From the NCBI GenBank assembly GCA_964057225.1, contig OZ059897.1:9920001-9984000 (forward strand): a stretch of DNA of 64,000 nucleotides, in the 5' to 3' direction. The notes under the pieces were generated by a model. That model saw only the letters and a program-made list of their open reading frames with translations. It was not told where the DNA came from and did not search any database. The stretch comes from Auanema rhodensis. Lineage: Eukaryota; Animalia; Nematoda. Positions 13,298 through 27,196 of the stretch are shown piece after piece (position 1 is the first letter of the stretch; each line of letters opens with the position of its first letter). Made by a program: the position numbers and the translations under genes.

Positions 13298-15080
13298 CAG
13301 GTTACTTACAAATGGCTCAAACATCCTAGCCAATCTTAATCTGCCTAGCATATTTAAATGTCTTTTGCTCCATTTTTTTTGTGTTGAAATCAATAAATCG
13401 AGAAATATAATAGAATTAAAAATGCAAACTGGACAAACAGTATAAATCTTTAGAAGAAAAAAAGAAAGATAAAATTAGAAAAATCTGTCAAATACACATA
13501 ATATTAGATTGGTTGTTAAGAATAGAAGCATGTGGATAATACAAAATATATATAATATATATACTATATACTATAATACTATGTATAATAATATATATTT
13601 TAAGATTTAGGATAATTTTAAATTCAAAATATTCAACTAAAAGAATTTTTTTCTAATTATTTAAATATTCTGATGACGTTTTACGTCGTATACATACATA
13701 TACAATATAATATAGATAAAAGAAAAAAAATTATTAATTCATCACGAATAGGATCATGATGGACAAATTTACACAGAAAGTACCAGAAAATCGGAAAATT
13801 AATTCTTAAAAATCATATAAGAAAATCTTTTTTGTTTTATTCAAAACTTATTTGTTGGATGTACAACAGGAGAAAAAATGTAAAATTGTTGAAATGAGCT
13901 GAGATTGTTCTCACAATTGTTCTGAAAGAAAATTGAATTTTTCAACCAATGGCTCTCAAGTAAGGAGATGTATCGAATATTTGACTGAATGGATGGCAGG
14001 TTTTTGCAAAAGAAGGAAATAAAAAATATTACGTTTTAATGATGCAAAAGCTTGAGATATACTTCGTCTATATATTTACTAACCGACGGCCCACAAACTA
14101 TTCAAGAGAGCCTCAAGCAATTGCCCCCCTGATGGCATTCACTTGAATGCCGCAAGTTCCGTAGTTTGCAACTTGATTATTAGTTTTTTATGTTTGAAAA
14201 TGTAAAGCATATAGATGGATAAGGTACACAATTAAAATTCAAATAAAATTAATTTCATAAGCGAATGGAGGCTGTCGTCAAGAACAAAAAAGTGATGATT
14301 TGGTCATATTTCGATATAAGCGACCACGGCTGTCAAATTTACAAATGGCTTCTGAAGCTAAGCAAGGAGGGAACGAAAATCGACGAAAAACCAAGAGAGT
14401 TGACACGATTAAACATGAGAGATCCGACAATTAAATGGTTAACTTTGCTATGTTCAGCTTATAAAAATGCAGAAAAAGATATAAATACTTGTTTCAATTT
14501 GAAAAAAAAAATTTAATTTTAAGTTTAAATTATCTCAGATCTCAAAATTTACATTTGAATTTGAAATAAAATAATGAATACAATGAAGTTTGACATTAAA
14601 GTTTGAATATTAAGAGAAAATGCTGGAAGCTCTAAGTGATCTACGAAACATTCTTTTTTTTATTCAGTTAATGCATTTTAAGCAGTTGCATTTGACTCCG
14701 TTAACATGAAGCTATACTGAGATGTGAGAGACATGGTTTCCTGGGTAATACACGAGTTCAGTTGATAAAAATATATTTTTGAAGATTTATTATCGAGAAA
14801 GCACATATATATATCATATTTCTCTATTCTTTATCTCTTCTTCTTGAGATTAATGTATATTTCAGAGGAAAAGTTTTCTTTTGACGACTAAAAAGAGTTT
14901 TATCTATTAGTAGATCATCTGAACTTTCAAAGGAATTACATTTGCCTCCGGCATTTCTTTTATAATTCTAATTCAATTGTTCTTCTTGCCTTTCGTGGAA
15001 GATAGAAAATAATGTTAAACATTTTGAATAAAAAATTTTTATTGATGACGGTTTTAATGAAAATAAAAAAGGAAAATCGT

Positions 15081-16073
15081 TTAGGCGGCCTTGGCGTGAC
15101 GGTGAAGATAGACCTTCTTGGCGACTCTTCTTCTGTATCCGCTGTCTCCACGGCTCTGAGTAGGAGCATCGCGGACTGGAGCTGGTCCTCCGCGAGATGG
15201 GCATGGACAGTAAGCGGCATCGCCTCCTGGTTGTCCGTCTTCTCCTGGGGCTCCTGGTTGTCCGTCTTCTCCTGGGGCTCCAGGTTGTCCGTCTGGTCCG
15301 GCTGGTCCTTCAGGTCCTTCAGATCCTGGTCCTGCTGGGGCTCCTGGTTGTCCATCGTTTCCTGGCTGTCCTGGTTCTCCGGCTGGTCCGGCTGGTCCTG
15401 GTCTTCCGACTTCGCGAGTTCCGTTGGCTCCTGGTTGTCCTGGTTGTCCGTCTTGTCCGTCTTGTCCATCTTGTCCAGCATCTCCTGGTGGTCCTTGTGG
15501 TCCTGGCTCTCCGTCTTGTCCACCTTCTCCGTCTTGTCCTGGCTCTCCGTCTTGTCCTGGTGGTCCGGCTGGTCCATCTGGTCCTTGTGGTCCTGGCTCT
15601 CCGGCTGGGCACACGATGCATTCGCTGCCTCCTGGGTTGGTTGGGATTCCAGTTCCTGGTAATCCTGGTCTTCCAGCTTCTCCTGGAATACCATCATCTC
15701 CTCTCTCTCCTGGTTGTCCTGGAGGTCCTGGTGGTCCAGCTGGGCAGTTGTTTGGTTGAGCTCCACAGTTGCAAGAAGATCCTCCACGGTTTTGTCTCTT
15801 ATGTTTTCTGTTGAAAACAGAACGTTCACGACGAACAGATACTTCATTAGAATCAATCATGTTAGTCCAGGCGTCATTAGCAAACATCTGAAAGTAGATG
15901 AAGATAAAGAAAGTTCAAACGAAAGTCTTAATCACTTTGAATTCGCTAAGATCAGACATGGCATCATCGTAGAAGTTGTTGATATCATTGACTAGATAGC
16001 CAACAGTACCAATAGCACCAAGAATGCATACTGTGGTTAAAACAGTTGTAAAACTAACAATGATATTCGACAT
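15081..16073 (-). CDS. Cuticle collagen, copy A (2 coding exons: 16073-15936 and 15887-15081)
   Basis: Col_cuticle_[47 protein letters not shown]|MFANDAW, subtilisin/furin-type sites RRER and KHKR, Cys pattern CxC-x6-C, CxxC and YCPCP, and Gly-X-Y blocks. 314 aa. Confidence 0.95.
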
Positions 16074-16474
16074 CTAAATATTTTAATTTATAAGATTATA
16101 AAATAAATTATTTGTACCTTCTAGATTGATGAGAAGACGAACAAATCATACCAACACTTAATTTCATTACCTTTATATAGTTACCAAGGGCAAGCCTTAA
16201 CATCGTTATAAAATCGAAACAACTTTTTAAACAAAAGTTGCAAACTGCTTAAAGAGATCGAAAATTTGATTCGATCTACATGTATCGCAAATGATTTAAG
16301 TGTAATCGTTCCACTTAAACCTTGATGTGAGACAAAAGATTTCAACATTTTCTAAGTTTCATTCAAGATTGCCATTATCAGCCAAACAACTTGCCATCTC
16401 ATAAAACAGTTTAAATAGCTAATTTATTTATTTTATCAAGTTTTTTCTGCTACATGAACTGTTTCATCGGTAAC

Positions 16475-16482
16475 TATATAAA
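16475..16482 (+). promoter_or_regulatory. TATA box of collagen copy B (mirrored at 16172-16179 for copy A)
   Basis: TATATAAA upstream of a short non-coding exon and a 5'UTR intron (16537-16580, GTAC...TTTAG) that ends right at the ATG. Confidence 0.7.
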
Positions 16483-16580
16483 GGTAATGAAATTAAGTGT
16501 TGGTATGATTTGTTCGTCTTCTCATCAATCTAGAAGGTACAAATAATTTATTTTATAATCTTATAAATTAAAATATTTAG

Positions 16581-17573
16581 ATGTCGAATATCATTGTTAG
16601 TTTTACAACTGTTTTAACCACAGTATGCATTCTTGGTGCTATTGGTACTGTTGGCTATCTAGTCAATGATATCAACAACTTCTACGATGATGCCATGTCT
16701 GATCTTAGCGAATTCAAAGTGATTAAGACTTTCGTTTGAACTTTCTTTATCTTCATCTACTTTCAGATGTTTGCTAATGACGCCTGGACTAACATGATTG
16801 ATTCTAATGAAGTATCTGTTCGTCGTGAACGTTCTGTTTTCAACAGAAAACATAAGAGACAAAACCGTGGAGGATCTTCTTGCAACTGTGGAGCTCAACC
16901 AAACAACTGCCCAGCTGGACCACCAGGACCTCCAGGACAACCAGGAGAGAGAGGAGATGATGGTATTCCAGGAGAAGCTGGAAGACCAGGATTACCAGGA
17001 ACTGGAATCCCAACCAACCCAGGAGGCAGCGAATGCATCGTGTGCCCAGCCGGAGAGCCAGGACCACAAGGACCAGATGGACCAGCCGGACCACCAGGAC
17101 AAGACGGAGAGCCAGGACAAGACGGAGAAGGTGGACAAGACGGAGAGCCAGGACCACAAGGACCACCAGGAGATGCTGGACAAGATGGACAAGACGGACA
17201 AGACGGACAACCAGGACAACCAGGAGCCAACGGAACTCGCGAAGTCGGAAGACCAGGACCAGCCGGACCAGCCGGAGAACCAGGACAGCCAGGAAACGAT
17301 GGACAACCAGGAGCCCCAGCAGGACCAGGATCTGAAGGACCTGAAGGACCAGCCGGACCAGACGGACAACCTGGAGCCCCAGGAGAAGACGGACAACCAG
17401 GAGCCCCAGGAGAAGACGGACAACCAGGAGGCGATGCCGCTTACTGTCCATGCCCATCTCGCGGAGGACCAGCTCCAGTCCGCGATGCTCCTACTCAGAG
17501 CCGTGGAGACAGCGGATACAGAAGAAGAGTCGCCAAGAAGGTCTATCTTCACCGTCACGCCAAGGCCGCCTAA
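16581..17573 (+). CDS. Cuticle collagen, copy B (exons 16581-16718 and 16767-17573), identical to copy A
   Basis: Same 314-aa protein as copy A. GT..TTTCAG intron at 16719-16766; AATAAA at 17611-17616. Confidence 0.95.
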
Positions 17574-18249
17574 ACGATTTTCCTTTTTTATTTTCATTAA
17601 AACCGTCATCAATAAAAATTTTTTATTCAAAATGTTTATCAAATAGTGCAAAGATTGAAACAATCTCAGCTGATTTTCACATAAGAACGAGTAGTGTAAT
17701 ATGTGATTTCCATTTTTTTTCCCGATATATGGCGCCATTAGAGTTGAAATTAAAATAAAATCACCTAAATAAAGAAAAATAAAAAATATTAAACTGAGAA
17801 TTTAAAAAAAGAAAAGAAAAAGAAGACAAATGAAAGTTTTTATTATAATTCAAAGATATATGTATATATATATATATAGATTTTCTATATGTACTCAATG
17901 AACTCCTCAAATTGTATGTTTTTCAATCAATGTTTACTTAAAATGATTCAATTTATTATTATCTTCATATACATATATATATATATACTATGTATATTGA
18001 CGTCATAAGAGAAAGATGAATGAAGATCTAATTTAACGGATGAAAAATTAAAAAATCAAAAAAGAAAAATGAAGAATTGAGCAATGTTGAACGCATTGAT
18101 TCACAATCAGATAGGTATTCAATTATTAAAAAGTAAAATTGAATTGAGAATTTAAAATTTTTGAAAATAATACATGAAAATGAATAATATTAGATATGTA
18201 TTGATATGTATATTATATAATAAAGTATATTTAGATAACTAAAGAGATG

Positions 18250-18252
<3 letters not shown>

Positions 18253-18297
<45 letters not shown>
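18253..18297. repeat. (AG)n microsatellite
   Basis: About 22 AG units. Confidence 0.95.
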
Positions 18298-18301
<4 letters not shown>

Positions 18302-18673
18302 CAGTCTAAACCAGAAAGAAAGTACGATTAGACGATATTAAGAAAAGTATAACATGTTAAAGAGGACAAGACATACAAGACGACGAAGACAGACAGAGAG
18401 AGAGAACGGAAATAGATGAAAATAGAGGAATACGAGTATGTTGGTAGAGATCGTTCACGTAAACGTTGACTGAGAAGAAAACGTTTTCTCATCAGAACTG
18501 GGTCAAACAGAACAGATTTCGAATGTAATATTGGCCAACCCTAACTATTGACATCCTCTTCCCCCCCCCCCTCCAACATTCATAATTGATTCATCGAACT
18601 TTGAGACGTTTGTCAACTTTTTCTCTTTTTTTTCTTCTATTTGAAAGTTTCATTTCTTTAATAATTCTACAAC

Positions 18674-19683
18674 ATGAGTTGTGAAAAGGTTCGTTTGGCT
18701 TCTTTCTGCTTTTTTTGTTAAAATAATGCTGTAATGCAGGTCGATATGGAGAGAAAAACATCAGTTAATTCAAGAAAATCAGACCAAGAACCGATTTTAC
18801 CATTTTGGGTTGAAACATGGCTTATCACATCAGCTGTTATATGCTTACTGGATGTTGGCTTCACTATGTTACGGCCACATACCATTCCCGGAGGCTCATT
18901 GGCTACTGTGTATTATGGATGTTAGAAGATAATATGCAAACTTCTTTGTAACATTAAACTTTCCAGGGAATATCTATGCTGATGTTGACAAACGTTATGC
19001 TGATCCATATGATCATGTAACATGTGCTACTGGAAGAGTTATGTTGATTGAGATTGTCATGGACTTTATCGTGTTCTTCATGGTTGGTGCAGAGCAAGTT
19101 TTCTTTTTCATCTCAAACTAAGATATTCTCATTCCCACCTTTATTTCTGAAACTTTACCTCTTCCTGAAATGCTCAATAGGTTCTCTTTTGATTTATGAA
19201 TGCTAGAGTTACAACTCAAATATGAGATCAAACATGAGCATACACGGGCAAAATTTTAAAAATTTAATCTTGCAAAACGAAAGTTTTAAAATAAAAAAGA
19301 AGGGAAATTGAATAATTTGAAGGCACGACGACAATCAAGACATACTGTTCTCACGGCATTTACTACATCCTGCTTCGTGTTCTGGAAGACAGTCCTCTAC
19401 CTGGTTCTCTTTGTTGCTCCACCACAAGGAATTTCCTATTTCTCAGAAAATGCTAGCTATTTCCGTATTTTCTGGGTGTTTTGGTTTATGAATGGTAAAA
19501 TTAAATAAAAAGAGAAAATATATTAATATTTTGCTAGGAATCTGGGTTATTATGCCATTTATGGTTATGGTTGCATTATGGAATCGTCTGGCCACGCCAC
19601 ACACAACATGCTCCAGATATGAACTATGCGAAACTGGATTAGTAGGATCTGAAAATATGATTGTTAATGAAAATTCTCATTGA
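18674..19683 (+). CDS. Small 4-TM membrane protein, EXPERA / emopamil-binding-protein-like
   Basis: Five exons giving ...WVETWLITSAVICLLDVGFTMLRPHT.PGG.LA..YYGWNIYADVDKRY...MLIEI...FWKTVLY...MNGIWVIMP. The W..Y..VD.RY, E and NG.W...P motifs resemble EXPERA/EBP proteins; the family call is an inference. Confidence 0.65.
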
Positions 19684-22600
19684 TGTGATCTCTTATAAGC
19701 GTTGGATTTTCTATTAAAATAGTTTGAAAGTTAACAGAAAAACTCTACATCCAGCTGTGTGAATCTATGAATCAGCACGTATTAGAATGTTTTAAAAAAA
19801 ACTTTTTTTTTCCCTTCATTTCTGTTGTGTTGTGCGCAAATTTTTATGAAATACATGAGCAACATATATTTTTTTAATAATTTCTTTATATATTTATATA
19901 TTGATTGAATAAAATTAATTTTATTTTTATATTTTGCATATTTTTCTTCTTTGACAATTTTTATTTTTTTGAATATGCTTTCAGGCGATCACGCAATAAC
20001 TCAGTAGTCAGTCAGGCAGCTATTCATTCGTTCTTTCTTTCATTTCATATATATCGCATATATTCACAAAAAAAAATGTCGTCAGTAGTCATATGAGTCT
20101 TATTAGATTACGGGATATCAATTATCCTGAGACCTACATTACCGTCAAAGAAACTGAGAATAAAGTCTAAGAGAGTACTGAGAGTGTCTCTCAGACAACG
20201 ATGAAGACAACGACAACCACAACGACATTCTTTGTCAGATATCAAACAAAAATCTTTCTTTTTTTCTTGTTGAAAATAACGTTGGCATCTCTTATTGAGA
20301 TCAAATTTCAAGCAACTTTTCTTTCGTAAAGAGGATTTGCAAGAGACAGGGATTACTGCAACATGCTTCGTGGGAATGCCATTAAGTTGTTGATTTTGAG
20401 AGAAATGAGAACAGTTCAATATGAACTTATAATTTGGATAAAACGTAGATTGATTCATATTCTCACGAAATTCATTACATTTCTTCTATTGAAGCCTTAC
20501 ATATATATTCTATATTTACATCTTAATATTCTTTATTCTCTATACATATACATATGTAAATCTTATAAACTTAATATGTTATATCAATTAGATATATGTA
20601 ACTAACTAACTAACTTCGTAGTATATATATATACATATAATCTCTTTGATGTAACCTTTTTTTTCCATATATCATATCTCTCATTTAAAAGCTTAACTAT
20701 ATATATATATATATATAGTTAAGAATGATAATATTTTAATTGTTGTATTAAATGTACGTTTTCAACTCCTTTTTTCCAGCTTCTATCTGTTCTATCTCTC
20801 ATCATTTCTTTTATATTTTCTATGCTCTCCTATTTCCACTCACTTCACTTCAATCGTTCTTCTTTCACAAATTTTCTTCTTCGTGCTCTCAATTTACTCA
20901 TAAATAGGCTTCGTTAACACACCATCTCATGTATATATTGTTAAAAGGAAAAAAAACTCCTTATCCGTATAGCATTAACAGCCATTTATAATTCAAATTT
21001 CTGATGAAATAACAAACGTTTTTTCTTCTTTTTTTTTGCATTTTCTTCCACTTTTCATTAGTTTTTCAATTATTATTATCATTATATTATATATTATATA
21101 TTATAATTTATATATAAATATATAATATCATAGAAGAATAACAACATCACTTAAACTAACTCGTTAGGATGTATCAGAATACATGTATCTGCTATCATAT
21201 CATTTACTCAATTAAGAACTTATGTTTTCAGTTATATCTTAAACCTATTTACAAATCTTTTTCTTCCTTTTTTTTCTTTTTTTCTTAACCTTTTTCTCAA
21301 AATTGATGGTAGTTTCTAAACGTCTGTTTGAATAATGATCTGAGTCCACGTGAGAATTCACGTGAAGAGAGCTTACATTTTTCTTTTCAATCGTCATCAA
21401 TGCAGCGCGGTTGTTTTCTTTTTCTTTCAATTCTCCATATCTCTCACAATCATTCACTCTTATACCTTTACAATCGTTCATTTTATTTCTTTTTTTCTTC
21501 TTTCAAATCATTTGTTTTATATAAATCTTTTCATTTTCTTCCATATATCACTTAATTTCAAATAAAACTCATTGCATAAACGCAATAAAATCCAAAAGAA
21601 ATGTATGCTTAGCAATAAATTTCTATTTGCAATTTGTATAAGTCGAAACTAATATGCTCAATAATTGAGTTATGTTTCCGAGATTTTTCTACTTTCATTA
21701 ACTATTCAACAAAACAATTGATTTTTAAGCATTTTTTATCCAACATCACATGGTTAAACATAATTATCAATATAATAAAATATAAAAACGTAAATGATTT
21801 TAAATATAAAAGCAAAGTGAATATTAGCTGTTTTTCATTTTCGTCAATTACGACTCAAAAAAATATAATATATATAGATAGATAGATAGAAGTATATATA
21901 TATTGTCTCTTAGAAATACTATTAAAATTTTCATCAAATTAATTCCTAGTAGAAGTTGATCCATGAGATCTAACCGGATACGTTTGAGAGAAGGGGAGGC
22001 GTCACATAATGGGCGTGTCACACTTATATGGCCAGATGCAGCTTTTCTTCTATTCGACTTACCGTTTAATTTCAACTTTGTACAACTTATCATACTACTT
22101 CTTTTACATCTTTTTTCATCATTTTAAAACTAAAAACTATTACTACTTAAAAAAAATTCTGAAAATAAAACTATTTCATCAAACATATTGCTCACTAGAT
22201 GTTCAATCTAATTATGCTATGAGAGGAAATAGAAGGGATGAGAGGAGAAGTTTAAAGAGGTTTGCAGTACTATTTTCATTGCTCCCTCTATGGAGCCTGT
22301 TATCCATCTTCTTACTCCGTAAATTCCTTTTCTTTTTTCTTTTTTTTGTTCAGCCTTAAATGTTTTTTTTTCTCTCTCTCTCATCACACGAGCAACAAGC
22401 AATGCGTATTTTCAATTTGTCTTTAATGATAAACGAAAATACAAATATGGATGTGTATATACATATGTGTGTGTGTCTTTTCTTTTTCTTTTTATAATCA
22501 GTATAGTTTAGAAATAAATTAGAAATAACATATTGTATATCATTTACTAAACTGTGAATATTAATTATAATCAAATATATCTTTTCTATTCTTCTATTAT

Positions 22601-22846
22601 TTAGGAGTCTTCAATGTTTTTTTTAATTCATCACATTTCGTTGACTTGCAGTGAACCCTCATTTGAAAAGCTTAATTTAATTGTTCTCTCGTTTTAACTC
22701 TTTGTTAGTACTTCATTCAGTTTTCAACCTTTTGCCTTTTTCCATCAAATTTTTCTAAATTTTTGCCATTAAATCTACATATATATTGAAATGTTTGTTT
22801 GACATATGAATTCATTTATATATATAATATATATAATTTTTAGATT

Positions 22847-25686
22847 ATGGATATAATTCCAATATATGCTGTATTAGAGCTAATACTTGCAATCCATATT
22901 TCGTTATCTAATTTGTTAGTTTTATGGGTTTACTGTCGATATAAGAATGTTCGAACAGCTACAAATACATATATTTTCTCTTTGGCTTTAACGGATTTCC
23001 TTGCAGGTATGTATACTTACCATCTTCTCTTACTACGTATATCTTATTTTGTTTTTTTCAATTTTTAAAATGTTCTTTCAGGAAGTTTGGGTATTCCATT
23101 AGCTGTAATGAGTGCTATAACATTAAAGCCAAATTCATATTATGAATGTTTAGTAGTTCATCTCTCTCTATGTATTCTATGTACAGTTTCAACATTTCAT
23201 ATGCTTGCTATAGCATTTGATAAGTATGTAACTATATGTTGTAAAGATCAATTATTTGAAACAAGGTTAGTTTCTTTTAAAATTTTAATTTTAACATCTC
23301 ATCCTCATCCTCATTATTATCGTCTCCTTCTTCCTATTCATCGTCTTCGTCTCTTCTTCTGTTTTATTTCAATTTAATCTTTTAATCATTAATTCTATTT
23401 TTCACTTAATATATATTTAACTTATAAACATATAAAAATATCTGTTAATCCATCTTCTAAATAGTTTGTAATCAGACAAATCATCGTATATCATATTACA
23501 CATGTCTCACCTCTATTCAGTGTAATTTTAGTAACAAAAGTGATTAAATGTTGACAAATAGTAAGTAAAACTCTAATACTCTTTACTCATATTTATCACT
23601 TTTAATTCACAAAAATAAGGGATTTTCAGTCAACATCTCTATAATTATAGACAAATGTTTTTTGATCTTCAATCAGCTCTTTTTCAAGCTTAATCTAATG
23701 ACTATCCTATGTTGCTTTTTGATTAATGAGTTCCCAAGATAACCTTACTGACTTTCTTTTTTTCTTTTTTTTTTATTTAATAATACTTGTTGCAGACATC
23801 ATAGGGCTATAATCCTTATTGCGTCATCATGGGTTGCAGGAACAGCAATCGCCATAATGCCCGTATTTAATATTTTTGGCTTTGCCGAGTACGTTTTCAG
23901 CTTTAAAGTTTTCAAAGTTATCGATGCCATAAAAAAAATGATTGGTATGCCATCATTTGTTGAAACATCCCCAAAGCTTCAGCACATTTTATAGCTTTGC
24001 TTGTTAGGTTTTCAAATAAAATTGGGGAGACGTTTCTCGAAAGTGAAATATCTGAACGAAAAGGGAGGAAAACCCGAAATCGAAAATATCTGGAAGCACA
24101 TGACCACTAGTAGAAGAGAGCCAGGAACAGAGAGTGTTAGTAGAAGAGAGCAAAGTTAGAAGAAGGGAGGGAGGAAGAAAGAGAGAGGAAGAAAAGGAGA
24201 AGCATGATATGCAATAAAGAGATAACGGTGGTAATATTAGGTCAAATCTTATTGATTTTAAATATACATATGTTAGTTCTCTCTCGTAACTTAAAATTGC
24301 TCTAACTATAGGTACATATATCTCTTATGTTGCAAAAAAGGTCGCAAAGGGCAATATCCTCGATTAGAATTCGAAAATTAAAGATTCAAATTACAAAGTT
24401 CAAGTTCAAAAACAAAATAAACTTTTACTCATATTTCAGAACTGAACCTGATTTCATTCGTCACAACATGGAATGTCATTTTACAGTAGTTGTAGACTAT
24501 CGTTATCTGATTTATGTAATCTTTGTTGGAACTATATTAGCTCCAACTGTTTTTATTATATTTTGTTATGTTAGTATATACAGTCGAATAAGAAAAGAAG
24601 AGCAACAGGTTTATAGTTTTAATTTAAGTTTTAAGTTTTAATTAATCCTCTTTCAGGTGCGATGTCTCTTACCGAAAACTGAGCAAGAGCGACGCTTACA
24701 GGGACGTCGAAAATTAATAAAAATTCTATTAATCTTAGTTGTTTCATATGGAATTTGCTGGTACGTCATTTTAAATTTTCACTTAAGAAACTTTCCAAAA
24801 AGGAAAAAGGTGTCCGTGTGTGCAAATCTAAAATAGCATCTTGAGCATCAGTAGTAGATATCTTCTTCTCGTCTCTTCCGTTCCATCAACTCTACCGGAA
24901 GCGAAAAGATGAAGATCGTCACGTATAAATGAGAATTAAGAGAGAAATATAAAGAAAAAAGTGAGAAAAAGGGAAATAATGATGTTACGAAATGGAAATA
25001 ACGTCTTCAAAGACGAAGTCTAAATGACCAATGAAATCAAAAATTGCCTCAAAATGGAATACGCGAGTTTGTTGTGTACAGCACAGGGGTGATAGAAGGG
25101 GAGTAGTGTATGATGATGATGATGATGATGTGAAAAGTTGTAAGTATGTCAATAGATTTATAAAAAATAAATATTTTATATTATAACATATAGTAATATA
25201 ATAATAATTTGATTTATTTATAGGTATCCATTATATATTATAAATACAATCGTTTACTTTTGGCCAAATTCAAAAGTAAAAGATTTAACTTTATGGACTG
25301 TTGTATTATCACATATTTCATGTGCTCTTAATCCATTAATTTATGCTTATGGTATGCCAGGTTTTAAGAAAGTAAGTTGGAATCTTACATCTTAAATGCT
25401 AAAAATTTTTTTCCACTTTCAGGCATTACGTAATTTCTTCAATATTCCATCTGATAATAATAATACTTTTATTGGAAATCATTCCCAATATATGAATAGC
25501 AAACGATTCGATCCTCATGGAAGCCAACAATCAAGACTTGGAACTTCACTTAAATCTTCTGAAGAATCTCATCTCAAAATTCGTAAAATTAGTGCTCCAG
25601 TCTCATATAATAGACGTCCAACTCCAACTAATCATCAATCAGCCCGTAAAGCAACACTCATCAGTATAGCTTTAGCTGTTATATGA
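22847..25686 (+). CDS. ador-1: Adenosine-receptor-like class A GPCR
   Basis: Very short N-terminus YAVLELILA..SNLLVLWV; TNTYIFSLALTDFLAG|SLGIPLA; STFHMLAIAFDKY; C.F..VV...Y; CWYPLYIIN; LSHISCALNPLIYAY. These are adenosine-receptor hallmarks (TM1 Glu, GIP, SH..S/C..NP.IYAY). Confidence 0.75.
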
Positions 25687-26425
25687 CCAAATTAATTTGA
25701 TTAATTTATTTCTTTTATTTCAAATTTTCTCATTTTTGATGTGATAGAGTTATGGTGATGATCTCATTTTCTTTTCTTCTGTAAGTATGCAACAAAAAAG
25801 TGATAGAACTCATATCAAGTACATGTATGAATGTATGAATATGTAAGAATTTACTGCCTTGTAATATAAATAAATCTTTCAATTTCAATCAGATCTATCT
25901 CAATTAAATAGAAAAACATATAAGTTTCCTAAGTTTTATTTTTTAAATTTTCATTTTTAATTTGCATATACGCAAAAGCGGTTGCATTTCTAATTCGCAC
26001 AAATTTTTTTGATTTCTTTTTTATTTCATATTTCCTCTTAAAATTCGATGAAATTACTACTAATACTACTGTTAGTTATAGTTATTTGTTTCTTCAAAGG
26101 CAGTATCTAATCGAATAGTTTTCTGTTACAGACGTCATAAGCAACTACAGAGCCACGAATTTCTCTCTCATAGCTCTTATAGCTCATCTTAGCTTTTTCG
26201 ATCGTCGACACCCCCTCATCTCTACCTCGTTAGCTTGGGGGTTCTTTTTCAAAGCTTTCATCTACGTTGTTTGCGTACGTAATCTGCTGATTAAAATAAA
26301 TGAGTGAATAAATGGTTACAGACATATTTCTATATACAAAAAGAAAATTTCGATAAATCTCATTGAGAAAACCCCCCTAAGTTAATTAAATTGTTCTTTG
26401 GTCATCAGTAAAATATAAACTAAAG

Positions 26426-26489
26426 AAGATGAAGAAGAAGAAGAATACAATGACGACGAAGATGATGATGATGATGATGATGATGATGA
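26426..26489. repeat. (GAA)n/(GAT)n trinucleotide microsatellite
   Basis: GAAGAAGAA...GATGATGAT run in intergenic DNA upstream of let-75. Confidence 0.85.
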
Positions 26490-27196
26490 AGTGAAGAGGG
26501 TGGTGGTATCTGAAGAAATATAGTTTGCTGTCCCTGTAAACTAAGGGATATTCAGCTCAATAGAAAAAGCTGATTTGGATAATTTCATCGAATGCATCTT
26601 AAATCATATTTTCTTCTTAGAACTATTGAATGCAGATTATCTAAAGATACAAAAAATCGGAAGGACAGTTTCAAAAAGAAGTTCCACTTCTATTGTTTAC
26701 AGATATTACTGTAGATTCCCAATACTTATTACAACTCATAGTTAATCGTCAAGTCTTTCGTCTTCCAAAACTTTTCTGAAACACCGGTCTGTTAAGAAGA
26801 AAAGAGCGAATCGGCGAGAATCAGACAACGAAAATCACTTAGAAGATATAGTCGATCCATGAATTCAAGGACAGAGAGCACTAATGGCTGAGCAAATCTC
26901 AAGTATTCATATACACAGTCTATCTCTTCTCTCAAGAATGAAAGAATAAAGAAAAAAGAGAGGAATAGAAGAAATAAATCGGACGATTGTTTGAGGGAAA
27001 ATGTTTCAAACGGAATCTTTGAGAGATTACGACATACAGAGAAGGGGGCGGTACAGAACGGTAAAGCTTTGCTGGCAACATCGCTGCGCGACCTTAGCGC
27101 GAGCGACTCCGCCATCCGACAGTCAGTGGAGCAACCGCACGAGCAATAGGCTATCCTCAGATCTTCGGAAGACAAATTCGACTGAAGACATAAAAC

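Larger units (their letters stand above)
15016..17638. repeat. Large inverted repeat: arms 15016-16185 and 16469-17638 (1,170 bp each) with a 283-bp unique spacer
   Basis: Mirror positions sum to 32654 throughout. Translations are identical in all frames and both introns and both UTRs match by eye. Confidence 0.95.

Noticed and set aside
14265-14516. ORF with VMIWS..ISDHG resembling the Tc1/mariner VMVWG motif
   Set aside because: Only a few residues match, with no DDE triad, terminal inverted repeats or TA target duplication visible.
15016-17638. Inverted repeat read as a transposon or foldback element
   Set aside because: The arms are complete host collagen genes, with no transposase or target-site duplication.
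14960-17758. Many long alternative-frame and antisense ORFs over the collagens
   Set aside because: They are by-products of repetitive GGA-CCA-rich Gly-X-Y codons that lack stops in other frames.
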